Source: Octopus vulgaris (taxonomy: Eukaryota). Taken from it: a stretch of 64,000 bases of DNA. The stretch lies in assembly GCA_951406725.2 (NCBI GenBank), contig OX597824.1, forward strand, positions 65,224,001-65,288,000, read 5' to 3'. Under the pieces are notes generated by a model. The model had not been told where the DNA came from, made no database searches, and saw only the letters and a list, made by a program, of their open reading frames with translations. Of this stretch, positions 36,885-50,220 are shown in pieces. The first letter of the stretch is position 1, and every line of letters begins with the position of its first letter. The position numbers were made by a program, and so were the translations under genes.

Positions 36885-37520
36885 CTAAATTAGACAATGA
36901 AATTGTCCTGCATGCATTCATACAATGCCCGAGCATTGCTTACTTGTGGAGTTATGTTGGAAGGCTGCTGTCACGTGAAGGACAGCTCTGGGTACTGGCT
37001 GAGTCCATCATGAAAACTACCCAGCAGTTCCCCCACTACTTTTGGGGCCAGGAAGGGCAGGCAGTTTTCCTTTGGTGGCTATGGCAAAAGAATTTGTGTG
37101 GGGGATGAGACTGAAAGAACTGAAGACAAGCACTTTTCTTTTCAACTCATTTAAAAAGAAAGATGAGGGCAAAGAAGGAGGTGCTGCTCCCACTTGCAGT
37201 AAATTTGTTGAAAGGTGGGTGAATGTGGCAAGGATGGCCAGAGTGAGTGGGCTTACTCTAAGATTCTGCCTGTAAGAGGGAGAGAACCGATAGGAGAGGG
37301 GCACCTCCCTGTGGTGCCCTTGGCAGTTGGAGTGATTCAAGATCAGTAGGGTTCCTTGCATATTCCTGGGTAGTACTCTTCACTATTGGGGAAATCTTTG
37401 TTAACAGTTTTCTTGTCCATATGTATATGTAAATTCTTGCTGTTATTCATCTTTGTATTGTCCATAAATTACTTTTTTGTGGTTCTTATGACTAATAAAG
37501 AAATTATTATTATTAATAAT
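36885..37520 (+). mobile_element. 3' end of an L1/Tx1-like LINE
   Basis: DNEIVLHAFIQCPSIAYLW matches the ExxxHxxxxC..W zinc knuckle at the end of L1/Tx1 ORF2. A T-rich 3' UTR, AATAAA and a (TTA)n tail follow. Confidence 0.6.
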
Positions 37521-37529
37521 GTGTTGAAG

Positions 37530-37965
37530 CAGAAAAATTCATTAGTGCACTCATTGGACAAAATGCTTATTGGCATTTCATTCATCCTGAATTCAAATTC
37601 CACTGAGGTCGACTTAGCCTTTCATCCTTTTGGGATTGATAAAATAAGTACCATTTGAACACTGGGGTTGATGTAACCAACTTATCCCCTTCTCCCAAAC
37701 TTGCTGGCCTTGTGCCAAAATTATCATCATCATCATCACCATCATTAATGCAGTGAGCTGGCAGAATCATTAGCATGCTGGGCAAAATGCTTAGCAGTGT
37801 TTTGTCTGTCTTTATGTTCTAAGTTTGAATTCTGCTGAGGTCGACTTTGTCTTTCATTCTTTCAGGGTTGATAAATTAAGTACCAGTGAAACACTGGGGT
37901 TGATGCAACCGACTAGTCCCCTCCCTCCAAATTTCAGGCTTTGAGCCTTTAGTAAAAAGGATCAT
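37530..37965 (+). mobile_element. Two tandem SINE family B copies
   Basis: Family B motifs at ~37560-37720 and 37750-37965. Confidence 0.8.
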
Positions 37966-38169
37966 TATTAGTATTATGTTGAGGTGTACGTATTTCAGAT
38001 AGCTCCTCACAAAGTTAGATTTTACCATGATATATTTCAGTGGTTCTCAACCAGCTTTTTGTCTATGGACCCTTTTGTTTTCTATTTTACTTAGAGGGGG
38101 GATCCCTCAGCTATTTAATGTCTAAAAAGTCATATTATATTCTAAGGATTAAATATTATTAGGAATTTT

Positions 38170-38429
38170 ATTCTTTTATTCTTTTACACGTTTCAGTCAT
38201 TTGACTGTGGCCATGCTGGAGCACTGCCTTAAAGGGTTTTAGTCAAAGAAATCGACCCCAGGACTTATTCTCTGTAAGCCTGGTACTTATTCTATTGGTC
38301 CCTTTGCTGAATTGCTAAGTTTCGGGGGCATCAACACACCAACACTGGTTGTCAAGTGATGGTGTAGGGGACAGAGACAGAAAGACACACATACAAAAAT
38401 ATACACACACACACACACATATATATGTA

Positions 38430-38477
<48 letters not shown>

Positions 38478-39328
38478 GTGGTGAAGCAAGGCAATGATTA
38501 GTGACTGAGACCTTTGGAGATATGCTGTGCTTGAGAAGACCCGGCAAGCCAAGTAAGACCATAACCTGTGGCCTATGACAGTGGTGTATAACCAGCCCAC
38601 TTATGAGTATCCTTCTTTCATTGGACAATAAACTTTGCTTGCAAAGACCTGTTGAAGCAAGTGAAATCAAAATTGCTGACGTGGCCAATGACAGTATCGC
38701 CTGATTGGCACCTGTGCCAGTGGAATGTTAAAAGCACCATCCGAGTGTGATCGTTGCCAGGGCCGCTGACTGTACTGGTGGCACGTAAAAAGCATCATTC
38801 AAGTGTGATCGTTGCCAGCGTTACCTTATTGGCACCTGTGCCGGTGGCATGTGAAAAACGACATTTGAGTGTGGTTGTTGCCAATGCAACCGGATTGGCT
38901 CCTGTGCAGGTGGCATGGAAAAAATACCATTTGAGCGTGGCCATTGCCAGTACCAACCGCCTGACCGGCCCTCGTGCCCGTGGCATGTAAAAGCATCCAC
39001 TATGTTCTTGGAATGGTTGGCATTAGGAAGGGCATCCAGTTGTAGAAACTTTGCCAGATCAGATTGGAACCTGGTGCAGCCTTCTGGCTTACCAGTCCTC
39101 AGTCAAACCGTCCAACCCATGCCAGCATGGAAAGCGGACGTTAAATGACGATGATGATAATGATGACACAGTGGGCTTCTTTCAGTTTCTGTCTACCAAA
39201 TCCACTCGTAAGGCTTTGGTTGACCTGAGGCTATAGTAGAAGACAATTGCCCAAGGTGCCATGCAATGGGACTGAACCCAGAACCGTATGGTTGAGAAGC
39301 AAGCTTCTTACCACAGCCATGCCTGTGC
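38170..39328 (-). mobile_element. SINE family A split by an RTE fragment
   Basis: 3' half at 38170-38400 and 5' half at 39170-39328, collinear with the 44470 copy. Confidence 0.85.
38475..39166 (+). mobile_element. RTE LINE 3' fragment
   Basis: DLWRYAVLEKTRQ ORF end, 3' UTR tandem units and (GAT)n tail. Confidence 0.85.
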
Positions 39329-39834
39329 TTATTGTATGAAAAAAGGGTTTAAATATTTTGCGTATTGTCGAAATATACTCAGTTTACTGCACATGAATTT
39401 TAACAATAAAATCTTATATGGACCCCTTTAAGAACCACATTTATTTGATGAAGATAATGATTTTTTTTGTTTCATTTTGTAAACAAGTAGTATCCTACTA
39501 TCACCATCATCTCTAAGCAGCAGTCACCCCTTCATCAATGACTGCATATCTGCTCTATTGCCATGCGTGTTAAGTTAGTAGGGGAGCCTCTACATGGTAG
39601 CTCACTCTGCTAGAAATAGCTGCTAAATCTTTTAAATTACACTCAACTGTCTTAGTGAAAAAGGGAAGGATAAATTGGGATTGTATAATTTGAGATAAGC
39701 TATTTTCTGGAAAAGATAAAAATGGGATGAGTATAGCTACAATATTGTTCATCATAGGTTTGTTTCAGGGCTGAGTTGGGGCAAGTGAAATGAGAAACCC
39801 GATCAGTATCTTATTCAGGGCTCCAAATAAACAG

Positions 39835-40020
39835 TTTCTGATTTAGGCACAAGGCCAGCAATTTTGTCAATCCCATTGAGCCCCAGCTGCTTTATTTTAT
39901 CAACCCTGAAAGGATGAAAGGCAAAATTGATCTCAGTAGAATTTGAATTCTGAATATAAAGAAGCAGAAAAAATGTCTCAAGGCGTTTTTCCAACTCAAA
40001 TTCTATCGGCTCAGCTACCC
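39835..40020 (-). mobile_element. SINE family B
   Basis: CCCTGAAAGGATGAAAGGCAAAATTGA is the reverse complement of the family B body. Confidence 0.7.
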
Positions 40021-41726
40021 TCAGGGTTAAAAGTAATGCTAGTGCTATGACACAGACCCATGAATTAATATATTTGGTGTACATTTTACAACTTGGAGCA
40101 TGATAGTTCTATGATTAAAATGGCACAACTTGCTTCTTTCATACAACAATCACAACTACAAACTTACTTTGCTCACTACTTTACTTGCAACATCGAAGAA
40201 AAGAAGCTGGTATATTGTATAGTAAAAGCATTTTATTCAATCGTGCACAGAAAGGACATGCAACACGCAAAGAAATATTTAATTGCAATTATTTGTGTTC
40301 CTCTCATTTTATCACAATATTATATAGGCCTGATTTGATAAATGTATATCATTGTGTATGTACGTGTGTGTGTGCGTGCATAAGCATATACAGATATACA
40401 TATATAAAATAAGTATTATATAGGCTTGATTTTATATATATACATGTGTGTATGTGCCTGTGTAGTATATATATGTGTGTGTAATATCACTATCTCCCTC
40501 TCCCTATATATATGTATGAATAAACTCACCCACATGTACTGAGTACGCTTGCTCCCATTTTTGCATCCAAGAAGCATATGTATGTATGTGTGTATGTGTG
40601 TATGCATATGTGTGCATGTCTATGTGTGTATGTGTAGATGCATACATATATAAAGAGAATTATAAGTGAGAGACAGAACACTTTGCTACTGGCAGAAATC
40701 AATTTACCAACAATCTTGTTTCCAATTATAGTGATGTAATTTGTGTAATAGTCATCGACGTGGTTGTCTTTTTTGGTTTGTTTGTTGTTGCTAGAAGTGG
40801 TGGCGTTTGTAAAAGCTGGTGTTGGTTTTATTTTTACCATTGTTGTGTTTATTATCATTATTTGGTGCACCTTCATGTTTCTTTGTCTTGCTTTTCTTCT
40901 CTCTGTGTTGGATGTGTTGTTAATCTAACTGTAGATATTGATGCCGCTGCCATCACCACCACCACAACCACCACCAACACCATTACTATGACTGCTGCTG
41001 CTGCTACTGCTACTACTACTACTACTACTACTACTGTGTGGTGGTTGTAGTTTGAAATAGTTATTGTTCTGCCTCTGGCTGTCGTGTTTTCTCATGTTCT
41101 TCTTCATGCTGTTACTGTTGTTGGTGTTAAGAGTCTTGCTGTTGTTTTTGTTGCTGTAATTATTGCTGCTATTGTTCATGTCATTGCTGCTTCAGTTGTT
41201 TTAATCGAGTTTCTGAAGTCAAAATCTGAAATCGCCAAAAGCTATTCATTCACTTTCCATATTTCCTCTGATGATGATGACATTAACTGAAATTTTTCAC
41301 CATGACAAAAATTTTCTATATATTCTATTATAGACATTATCTACTTCATATATGTATACTCCATATATCTATCCATCCATCTATTCATCCACCCATTTAT
41401 TTATCCATCCATCCCTTCATTCATCTATCCTAATGCATTCACCAACAACCCATGTGGAGTATGTAGGACTATATTTTAACATGTCCTCTTCTTATATGAG
41501 ATGATTTCAGAGAATTTTTCTTGGTATTTTCTTGGCTACTACACAGAGGCTTTCCTGTTGGTTCATTGAGCCACAGTTGTTCAATTTTTATTTGAGTTGG
41601 ATCTAAGATTATTTGCCTTACTTGAGTTTCCTTAAGTATAACACATTTACACATGCGTATATGTGCATGTGTGTATATATATATGTATATATATATATAT
41701 ATATATATGAATATATATATGAATAG

Positions 41727-42128
41727 AGGCACAGGTGTGGCTGTGTGGTAAGAAGCTTGCTTCCCAACTACATGGTTCTCAGTTCACTTCCACTGTGTGG
41801 CACCATGGGTAAGTGTCTTCTACTATAGCCTTGGGCTGACCAAAGCCTTTTGCTGCTATTGTTCATGTCATTGCTGTTTCAGTTGTTTTAAGTAGATGGA
41901 AACTGAAAGAAGCCCATTGTTTATATGTGTGTGTGTGTCTGTGTTTGTCCCCCTACCATCACTTGACAACTGATGCTGGTGTGTTTATGTCCCCCAACTT
42001 AGCAGTCCAGCAAAAGAGACTAATAGAATAAGGACTAGGCTTACGAAGAATAAGTCCTGGTGTTAATTTCTTTGACTAAAACCCTTCAAGGTGGCGCTCC
42101 AGCATGGCCACAGTGAAATGACTGAAAC
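41727..42128 (+). mobile_element. SINE family A carrying a 42-bp templated insertion
   Basis: Matches the 44470 copy except at 41850-41891. Confidence 0.85.
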
Positions 42129-42194
42129 ATACATCTATATATGTATACACATATATATACATATATACATATGTGTGTATATATGTGTGTGTAT

Positions 42195-42974
42195 ATCATC
42201 ATCATCATCATCATCATCATCATCGTTTAACGTCCGCTTTCCATGCTAGCATGGGTTGGACGGTTCAACTGGGGTCTGGCAAGCCCGAAGGCTGCACCAG
42301 GCTAGTCAGATCTGGCAGTGTTTCTACAGCTGGATGCCCTTCCTAACGCCAACCACTCCGAGAGTGTAGTGGGTGATTTTATGTGCCACCGACACAGGTG
42401 CCAGACGAGGCTGGCAGACGGCCACGCTCGGATGGTGTTTTTTATGTGCCACCGACACAGGTGCCAGACGAGGCTGGCTGACGGCCACACTGGGATGGTG
42501 TTTTCTTATGTGTCACCGACACAGGTGCCAGGCGAGGCTGGCGGACGGCCACGCTCGGATGGTGTTTGTTACGTGCCCTCAGCACGGAGGCCAGTCGTCG
42601 CGGTACTGGCTACGGTCACGTTCGGATGGTTTTCTTATGTGCCACCGGCACTGGTACCACAAGGATACAAATTCCATTGATGTTCATCTATTTTGATTTG
42701 GTTCGATTTGATTTGATTTGATTCGATTCTCACTTGCCTCAACAGGTCTTCACAAGTGTCACAAGAAGGAAGGTATGCACAGGTGGACTGACTATGTCCC
42801 AGGTATGGGCCACAGGTTATGGCTTCACTAGTCTTGCCGGGTCTTCTCACGCACAGCATACTTCCATAGGTCTCGGTCTCTAGTCATTTCCATGGTGAAA
42901 CCTAACGTCCGAAGGTCGTGCTTCACCACCTCGTCCCAGGTTTTCCTGGGTCTACCTCTTCCACGGGTTCCCTC
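42195..42974 (-). mobile_element. Young RTE LINE 3' fragment
   Basis: Encodes [25 protein letters not shown]...RDLWKYAVREKTRQD. 3' UTR has ~55-bp tandem units and a (GAT)n tail. CpGs are retained. Flanked by TA/TG microsatellite. Confidence 0.92.
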
Positions 42975-43105
42975 ATATATATATATATATATACACATAT
43001 ATAAATGTATGTATATGTGTATATATATATAAATATAAATATATGTATATGTGTATACATATATGTGTGTGTGTGTGTGTGTATGTGTATGTATATATGT
43101 ATATA

Positions 43106-43412
43106 TCACGTGATCACGTGACCGACCAGTCCATCAGATGTAGTTACACATTGCTGGTCACAATGCGTTCGCATTGTTTTAGCCTTCGAATGACGCCACC
43201 CCGCTGGCTAAGCGAGCAGGCCAACAGAAGAAAGAGTGGGAGAAATGGTGGTGAAAGAGTACAGCAGGGATCACTACCCCCTGCCGGAGACTTGTGGAGC
43301 TTTTAGGTGTTTTCGCTCAATAAACACTCACAACGCCTGGTCTGGGAATCGAAACCGCGATCCTACGACCGCGAGTCCGCTGCCCTAACCACTGGGCCAT
43401 TGCGCCTCCACA
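43106..43412 (-). mobile_element. Full-length tRNA-derived SINE family C
   Basis: Minus-strand head GGAGGCGCAATGGCCCAGTGGTTAGGGC...GGTTTCGATTCC (A and B boxes). The body is shared with 26714-26977. Confidence 0.88.
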
Positions 43413-43491
43413 TATGTATATATATGTGTATATGTATGTGTGTGTGTGTATGTATGTATATATATATTTATTTATATATATATATATATAT

Positions 43492-43542
<51 letters not shown>

Positions 43543-43576
43543 TGTATGTATGTATATGTGTATAATAATAATAATG

Positions 43577-43788
43577 GCTTCAAATTTTGCCACAAGGGCA
43601 GCCATTTTGGAGAAAGAGATGTGTTGATTACATCGGCTCCAGTGTTCAACTGGTACTTATTTTCTCGACCCCGAAAGGATGAAAGGCAAAGTCGACCTCA
43701 ACAGAATTTGAACTTGGAACATAGCGGCAGATGAAATACCACTAAGCATTTCGCCTGGTGTGCTAAAAATTCTGCCAGCTCACCACTT
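43577..43788 (-). mobile_element. SINE family B
   Basis: Reverse complement of the 25018-type head and body. Confidence 0.85.
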
Positions 43789-44054
43789 TTATAATAATAA
43801 TTTATTGAATCTGAGAAGACATCACAAGTTGTTATTCAGAGTTTCATCTATCAGCCCATCAGACAGCCTTGAATACATAGAGCAATACTATATATTATGT
43901 AACAGTTTGTGAAGATTTTTCAGCCTCAATACATCATTATTTTACCCTGCCTTTGATATTTAAATACTATTTTCTCCTACTTGTTTTGCAAACTATAAGC
44001 TCAATGATATACATACATATGTGTATGTTTACGTGTCTTTATCTGTATGTGCTA

Positions 44055-44091
<37 letters not shown>

Positions 44092-44139
44092 ATGTGTGTG
44101 TTTATGTGTATTTGTAATATATGTGTGTGTGAGTGTATC

Positions 44140-44310
44140 ATCATTGTTTAACGTCTGTTTACCATGCTGGCATGGGTTGGATGGTTTGACAGTCTATGGT
44201 TGCCTGTTTTGGCATGGTTTCTATGGCTGGATGCTCCTCCTAATGGAGACCACTTTACAGAGTGTACTGGGTGCTTATGTGCCACTGGCACTTGATGTGT
44301 TACACAACAC
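44140..44310 (-). mobile_element. RTE 3'-end fragment
   Basis: TTTAACGTCTGTTTACCATGCTGGCATGGGTTGG terminus. Confidence 0.75.
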
Positions 44311-44469
44311 TGGCATGCAACACCTGATGCAGTACTTCTCCTCATACCCATCTCCTCTCCGCCCATCCTCCTCTTTCTCATCCCTTCCTTCTTTCCTTTA
44401 TATATATATATGTGTGTGTGTGTGTGTATGTGTGTGTGTATATATGTGTATATGTATATATATATATAT

Positions 44470-44860
44470 AGGAGTGGCTGTGTGGTAAGTAGCTTGCTAA
44501 CCAACCACATGGTTCCGGGTTCAGTCCCACTGCGTGGCATCTTGGGCAAGTGTCTTCTGCTATAGCCCCGGGCCGACCAATGCCTTGTGAGTGGATTTGG
44601 TAGACGGAAACTGAAAGAAGCCTGTCGTATATATGTATATATATATATGTATGTGTGTGTGTTTGTGTGTCTGTGTTTGTTCCCCTAGCATTGCTTGACA
44701 ACCAATGCTGGTGTGTTTATGTCCCCGCTACTTAGCGGATCGGCAAAAGAGACCGATAGAATAAGTACTGGGCTTACAAAGAATAAGTCCCAGGGTCGAA
44801 TTGCTCGATTAAAGGCGGTGCTCCAGCATGGCCGCAGTCAAATGACTGAAACAATTAAAA
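44470..44860 (+). mobile_element. Full-length tRNA-derived SINE family A (best-preserved copy)
   Basis: Head TGGCTGTGTGGTAAG (A-box) and GGTTCAGTCCC (B-box-like), central microsatellite, 3' stem-loop CAGTCAAATGACTG. An inverted partial copy follows at ~44885-45030. Confidence 0.9.
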
Positions 44861-46704
44861 GTGTATATATATATATATATATCTTTTTACCATTTACCTT
44901 TTACTCGATTCACTCATCAGACTGTGGCCATGCTGTGGCACTGCATTGAAGAGTTTTAGTCAAACAAATTGACCCCAGTTCTCAAATGTTTTAAAGTCTG
45001 GTACTTATTCTATTGGTTTCTTTCACAGAAATACTTACACACACACACACACATGTATGTTTATGTATGTATGTATATATGATCAACCACCAGTTGAAAA
45101 GCCAGCCTAACTGTAGATAGCTGATTGGCAAGAGCAGCCTGTGGATGTTCAATGTCCTATGAACAAATCTTGTAAATGAATATTATACCATACACATTTT
45201 AGAGAACCACAGTTTATCACTGAATGTGATCTTTGCCAACAATCTAGTCTCTTTATTTGGTTTCTCTAGCTTAATGTTTTTCTTTTTATATGTCTGGGTC
45301 TTAGAACTTTGCAGGGGGCATGCTTTGAAAATATTTATGTGGGGGAGGGAAAGAAATACTTGTGGTCATTTTAGTTCTCATTATCATCTCATTATCAATA
45401 TTATTTCTGCTGGTGCTCGTCATGGTGGTGGTGGTGATGGTTGTCATAGTAGTCATTGGTGTCATCCTCCTCTGCCTCTGCCTCCTCCCCTCCCTTCCTC
45501 CTTCCCTGTCCTCTTCTTTCTCTGCCCCCTCCTCCTTGTCCTCTTTATCCTCCTACTCTTTCTCCTTCTTTATTAAAGATGCCAGTATTTTCCTTCCTAT
45601 AATTTCCTTTCCATTTCACCACATTTGTTGTTATTTATAAATGTTTTTTTTCCCCTCTTATCTTTCAAATGAAAACCTCAGTCTGAAAAAAAAGAAAAGA
45701 AAAAATCCTGGTTTGTTCAACAAAAACTCACTGTCTCCCCTCCACCATTTTTCATTTCCTTTTATCACTCCACCTATTACCCGATTGATTCCTTATTTTC
45801 AAAGGAATCTGACATCTTTTCAAAGGTATATGTTTCTCTAAGAAATTCTGCAATACACTTTTGTCCATAAACTGAAAGATTTTCAATAAGACCAAATCAG
45901 GCAATTTTCTCTACATCTCTGTACATTTCTTGTTATTTTCCTATACATGTAGATTTTGCTTTTCTTTTCTTTTTTTTCCCTCTTTTTCTTTTCCTTTCTG
46001 AATCATCTAGTGTTATGTCATTATAAGACATCCACATTCTCTCTCTTCTGCTTTTTTGTTTTAAAAAAAGAAATTTTTGTAAAATTTTATTTGTGAGATT
46101 TGAAGAGCCTAACCATTTATTCTTTTATCTTTTTTTTTAAAATCATTATTGTTATCATCATCACCATCATTACCACCACCACTGTTATCATCAGCATCAT
46201 CATAATTATCACCATTACTGTCATCATCCATGTCACCACCACCACCACTGCCATCTTCATCATCATCACTATCATCATTATTATCATCATTTTTTGTTTC
46301 TTCTTAATATTCTATCTGTCTTGACACAGATATTTTTACCGGGATATTGAAATAACAAAATGCCTGTCATTTTAAATTCTTTTACTCCTTTCTTTTTTTG
46401 TTTGTTTTCCTTTTAAAGTAGTTTTCCTCTTCTTTGTTGTTGTTGCTGTTTAGCCCCAGGCTAGCTCTGATTGAGCAAACAAAAGATTTATGATGAAAGA
46501 GCATTCCAGTTATGACCATCCTATGTTTTTTTTTGTTTTTTGAATAGTGTACCTTACATTGTCCAACAAAATGACCTTTTATAAGAAGCTAAGGTAATGG
46601 TAGTTTGAAGGAGAGTTGGTTGTTATTCCTAGCAATGTCAAGTAACCATGTAGTAATGTCTTTATTAACTTGGTTTTTATCATTTCTTGCACTTGGTACT
46701 CTAA

Positions 46705-46922
46705 CCCTTTAGCATTTAAACTGGCCATATCCAGTCCAAATATTCCTCTTGTTTTATGCTCAAACCAACCAGATTTGGCTTCCATACCAACCCTGCAATG
46801 TCATTCTAAAATTGAACAATCACATCATCTATATCTCAAGCTACAAGATAATACATAATTAATTTAAAACAATGTGAATGATTAAGTATTACATCTGATG
46901 GAAAAATCTGAAAACTAAAGGG
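46705..46922 (+). mobile_element. piggyBac-like MITE
   Basis: CCCTTTAG...CTAAAGGG termini with degenerate TTAA flanks. Homologous to 50059-50220 and 56436-56654. Confidence 0.75.
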
Positions 46923-48207
46923 TCAAATGATAATAATAGTACAAAATGATAACCATATTTTGATGTGGATAACATACTACATGGCTGTATGTAGTTGAGA
47001 AGTTCACTTCCCAACCACACCATCTTCACAGGTTTCAGCCCCACCCCCAAATTCCTTAAACTTGAATAATTAATAACCTATTTATATATAATAATAACAT
47101 ACATCACATTCAAATATGATGCATCTGAACTGTATTAAATTGTATGTTATCCCTGTATCTTCTACAAACACTGTCCGCATTTATGATTTTACTCACCCAA
47201 ATTCACTTCATGATGATCTTTCTCTTCACCTCCCCTAGATCCTATAATAAACACTTATCTGGGTGCTTTTCCAGAACTGGATTTCTCTTGTTTCCCATCC
47301 TGCATTTAAACCCACCTCCATTCACTAATTTGTACATCTCCAAATTAATTGTAATAAGTTCATTAAGTTATTAAAAACTTCCCATCTCCCAGGCTTAAAA
47401 ATCCCATGGGCATTCCTCCTCTTCCATAGACTGTCAAATTAAAAAAAAGACATAAAAGAAAAATGACAAAAAAATTACTCCTACTTCATAGTTGACTGAC
47501 TAGTGTTAGGAAGGTCATCCAAGTGCAAAATAGCTGCTTCAGCAAATCCTTTGTGAAAATGTCTAAAATTTATAGAATTGGATTGTTCTGCAGATTTGAT
47601 GTGACAAAACTGGATAGAGTATGATAAAACGTTAGGAAGAAAAGAAAAAAAAAATGAAAAATGTGATAGTAGTAGGATCTAGTGCTTAGTTTGGTGAGTC
47701 TTTGGGATGATTGATTTGTAGGGAAATAAGATTTATATGAACTTCAGTTTGATATCAATCATGATAACATGTTATTACTTGAAGAGACTTACATTAGTTT
47801 CAGATGTTTGGTGATGTACTTAATGATTGATCTGACATATTACATGGTGTAATTTTGTCACTGTGGTCATTAAAAGTGGCACACTCTCTCACTTACTTCA
47901 TTTCAATTCCTCTCTCCTCTTTCCCTAATTATTTTGGACATAAATTCAACCAATGCAGGCATGGAAAATGGATGTCAGATGTTGATGATGATGATGGATG
48001 ATTCATTTATACAGATTGGCTAAAATATTGGTGTTTGTGCATGCATAATGTCCCTATGTTTGATGTCTTTTTCTTTTTGGCTCCAGGCCAGGTCTGATAG
48101 TACAGCACTATAATTGAAGGTATTCCATCTAGATCATCTAATACCTTTTTCTTTTTTAAAGTATGTTAAAAGCTATATATATATTTGTATTTATATATAT
48201 TTGAAAT

Positions 48208-48366
48208 AGGCATGGTTGAGTGGTTAAGAAGTTCATTTTACAGCTAGATGGTTTTGGGGTTGAGCCCACTGCATAGCATTTTAGGCAATTATCTTCCACC
48301 ATAGTTTCAGGTTGACTAATATCTTATGTGTGAAATTTTCTAAACAGAAACTGTGTGAAAGCCTGT
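48208..48366 (+). mobile_element. SINE family A head, diverged
   Basis: GGCATGGTTGAGTGGTTAAGAAG...CCCACTGCATAGCA...GAAACTGTGTGAAAGCCTG. A similar copy lies at ~50733-50900. Confidence 0.6.
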
Positions 48367-48837
48367 AGGAAGAGTCATTCTTGTTCTTGGCTGATAGACT
48401 TAATTTGTTATTTAGGATGATATCACCTGCCTGATACTTGGGTGCCTTTAGTGGAATCCACTGTGTGGCAAGCATTTGGACAGTGTCTCTGATCTAATGA
48501 AAACTCCTGCTAGAAGTAGGCAACAGAAATGTTATTTGCAATACATAGATTAGAATCTTATTCTACAGGAAGAGAATTATCTGTTATCTACTCAGTTCCT
48601 TGAAACTGGATCTAAGCACCAGCTTAAGAGACATTCCAGAGATTAAAAGACAATGTGCTCGTGCAATGAGCTGTGTGCATTGATAAAATATGTGTATGTG
48701 ATATTGTTTCATTAACTTATGTTTATTAGTTTGTATGTGTACACATGTATATGTGTGCACATAGCCAAACAACAAACATATATAGACATATTTACATATG
48801 AATTTCTAGCTGAGTTTATATATCTATGTAAATGCTT

Positions 48838-48886
<49 letters not shown>

Positions 48887-50058
48887 CACGCATGCATGCA
48901 CACACATATAGACATACACTAACACACACATTTTGCAAGGTAGGGAGTTTATAATGGTGTATTTTTATGGTAGATGATAAATATCAGATTCTGGTATTCA
49001 TGCTTTTTCCCGATAGAAATTGCTAGTGATGTAAGCGAAGTATTTAAACAAGAAATTAACAAAGAATTAAGGCTACTTCACAGATGGTAATCTTCAAGAA
49101 GTAATCATTGCACAGTATGTTTGTACGTGTGCATACACATACCACATATTTGCTGCATATCTGCAAACATTATATGTAGTGGTTGCATCCAAAACATTCT
49201 ATAAAATGGTAGGTGTTAGAAAGAGCATCCAGCCATAGAAACCATGCCAAAAATGAAATATTTTGAGTGACATGGAGTCTTATGACCCATTTAGGAGGGC
49301 AGTAACTAATAAGTGACTCAGTTTATGACAATCTGTTCAGCTCATGTCAGGGCATGGAAACTGGATGTAAATGTAATAATAATAATAATAATGCCGGTAG
49401 TGCTGTGGTGACAGCAGCATAATGGTAGTAGTGCTATATAGTTTCAGTTAACCAAATTTCCCTCCCAAAGCTTTAGTTGATGAAAATAATGATGATGATG
49501 AGTCAGAGAAGGAGGAATAAGGAGAGAACTTAAAGAAAGACTTGAAAAGGCTTCCAGCCATTAACAACCCATGTCAATATTCTCTTGGATGGAATCTTTT
49601 TCAACTTAAAACTGCTCATTTAGTTTTGAGTCTGTCCTGTAATTAGTTGTATATTCTGTTGTATTTTTGCTCTATTTCATTTTGTTTTATTTCATTTTCT
49701 GTGCTTTGTAATATAAGACTTGTCATAAGTATAAGCAGAATACCCTCTCATTTTTTAGCCCTTTAGGGTAGACTTGAGATGGACATTTATGTGTAAAATG
49801 ACTTGCCTAATTACACAGGAGTAGGAATAGCTTGAATGATATATGTGTGTGTATATAAATACATGCATGCATGAAGTTTGTATATATGTATTTTGATGAA
49901 TATGTATGGTATAAAAGAGGTCTGTCTAGTGTCCCATGAAAAAAAAATGGTGAATTCTGTCATTTCATAAACTTAAAATCCAATGCAAGTTAGTCACTGT
50001 GCGTGTGTGTGCGTGTGTGTGTGTGTGCAGTACTCTTAGTTCTTTGTGTCTTGCTTAA

Positions 50059-50220
50059 CACTTTAACATTTAAACTGGCCAAATCCAGACTTTTATATCT
50101 ATCCTAGAAAGCCATTCTAAAAATGAACAATCGCATCATCGAAATCTGGAAGATAAAGCATGATTAATTCAAAGTAATGTGAATAAGCATTACAGTTATT
50201 GTAATCTGAATGCTAAAGGG
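50059..50220 (+). mobile_element. piggyBac-like MITE (internally deleted)
   Basis: TTAA on both flanks; right TIR AATGCTAAAGGG. Confidence 0.75.

Larger units (their letters stand above)
38038..39440. mobile_element. hAT-type MITE split by nested insertions
   Basis: Left end CAGTGGTTCTCAACC, right end ...AAGAACCAC. Subterminal TATGGACCC occurs in both halves. Confidence 0.6.

Noticed and set aside
40093-40338. Possible CELSR exon 2
   Set aside because: No similarity to the expected post-cadherin or EGF sequence, and no convincing splice sites.
42380-42660. CRISPR-like repeat array (also 59090-59370 and 38690-39000)
   Set aside because: Units are contiguous tandem repeats without unique spacers, lie in a LINE 3' UTR, and there are no cas genes; the context is eukaryotic.
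43340-43412. tRNA gene
   Set aside because: The tRNA-like head continues into a repeat body shared with 26714-26977, so it is a SINE. The same applies to the family A and B heads.
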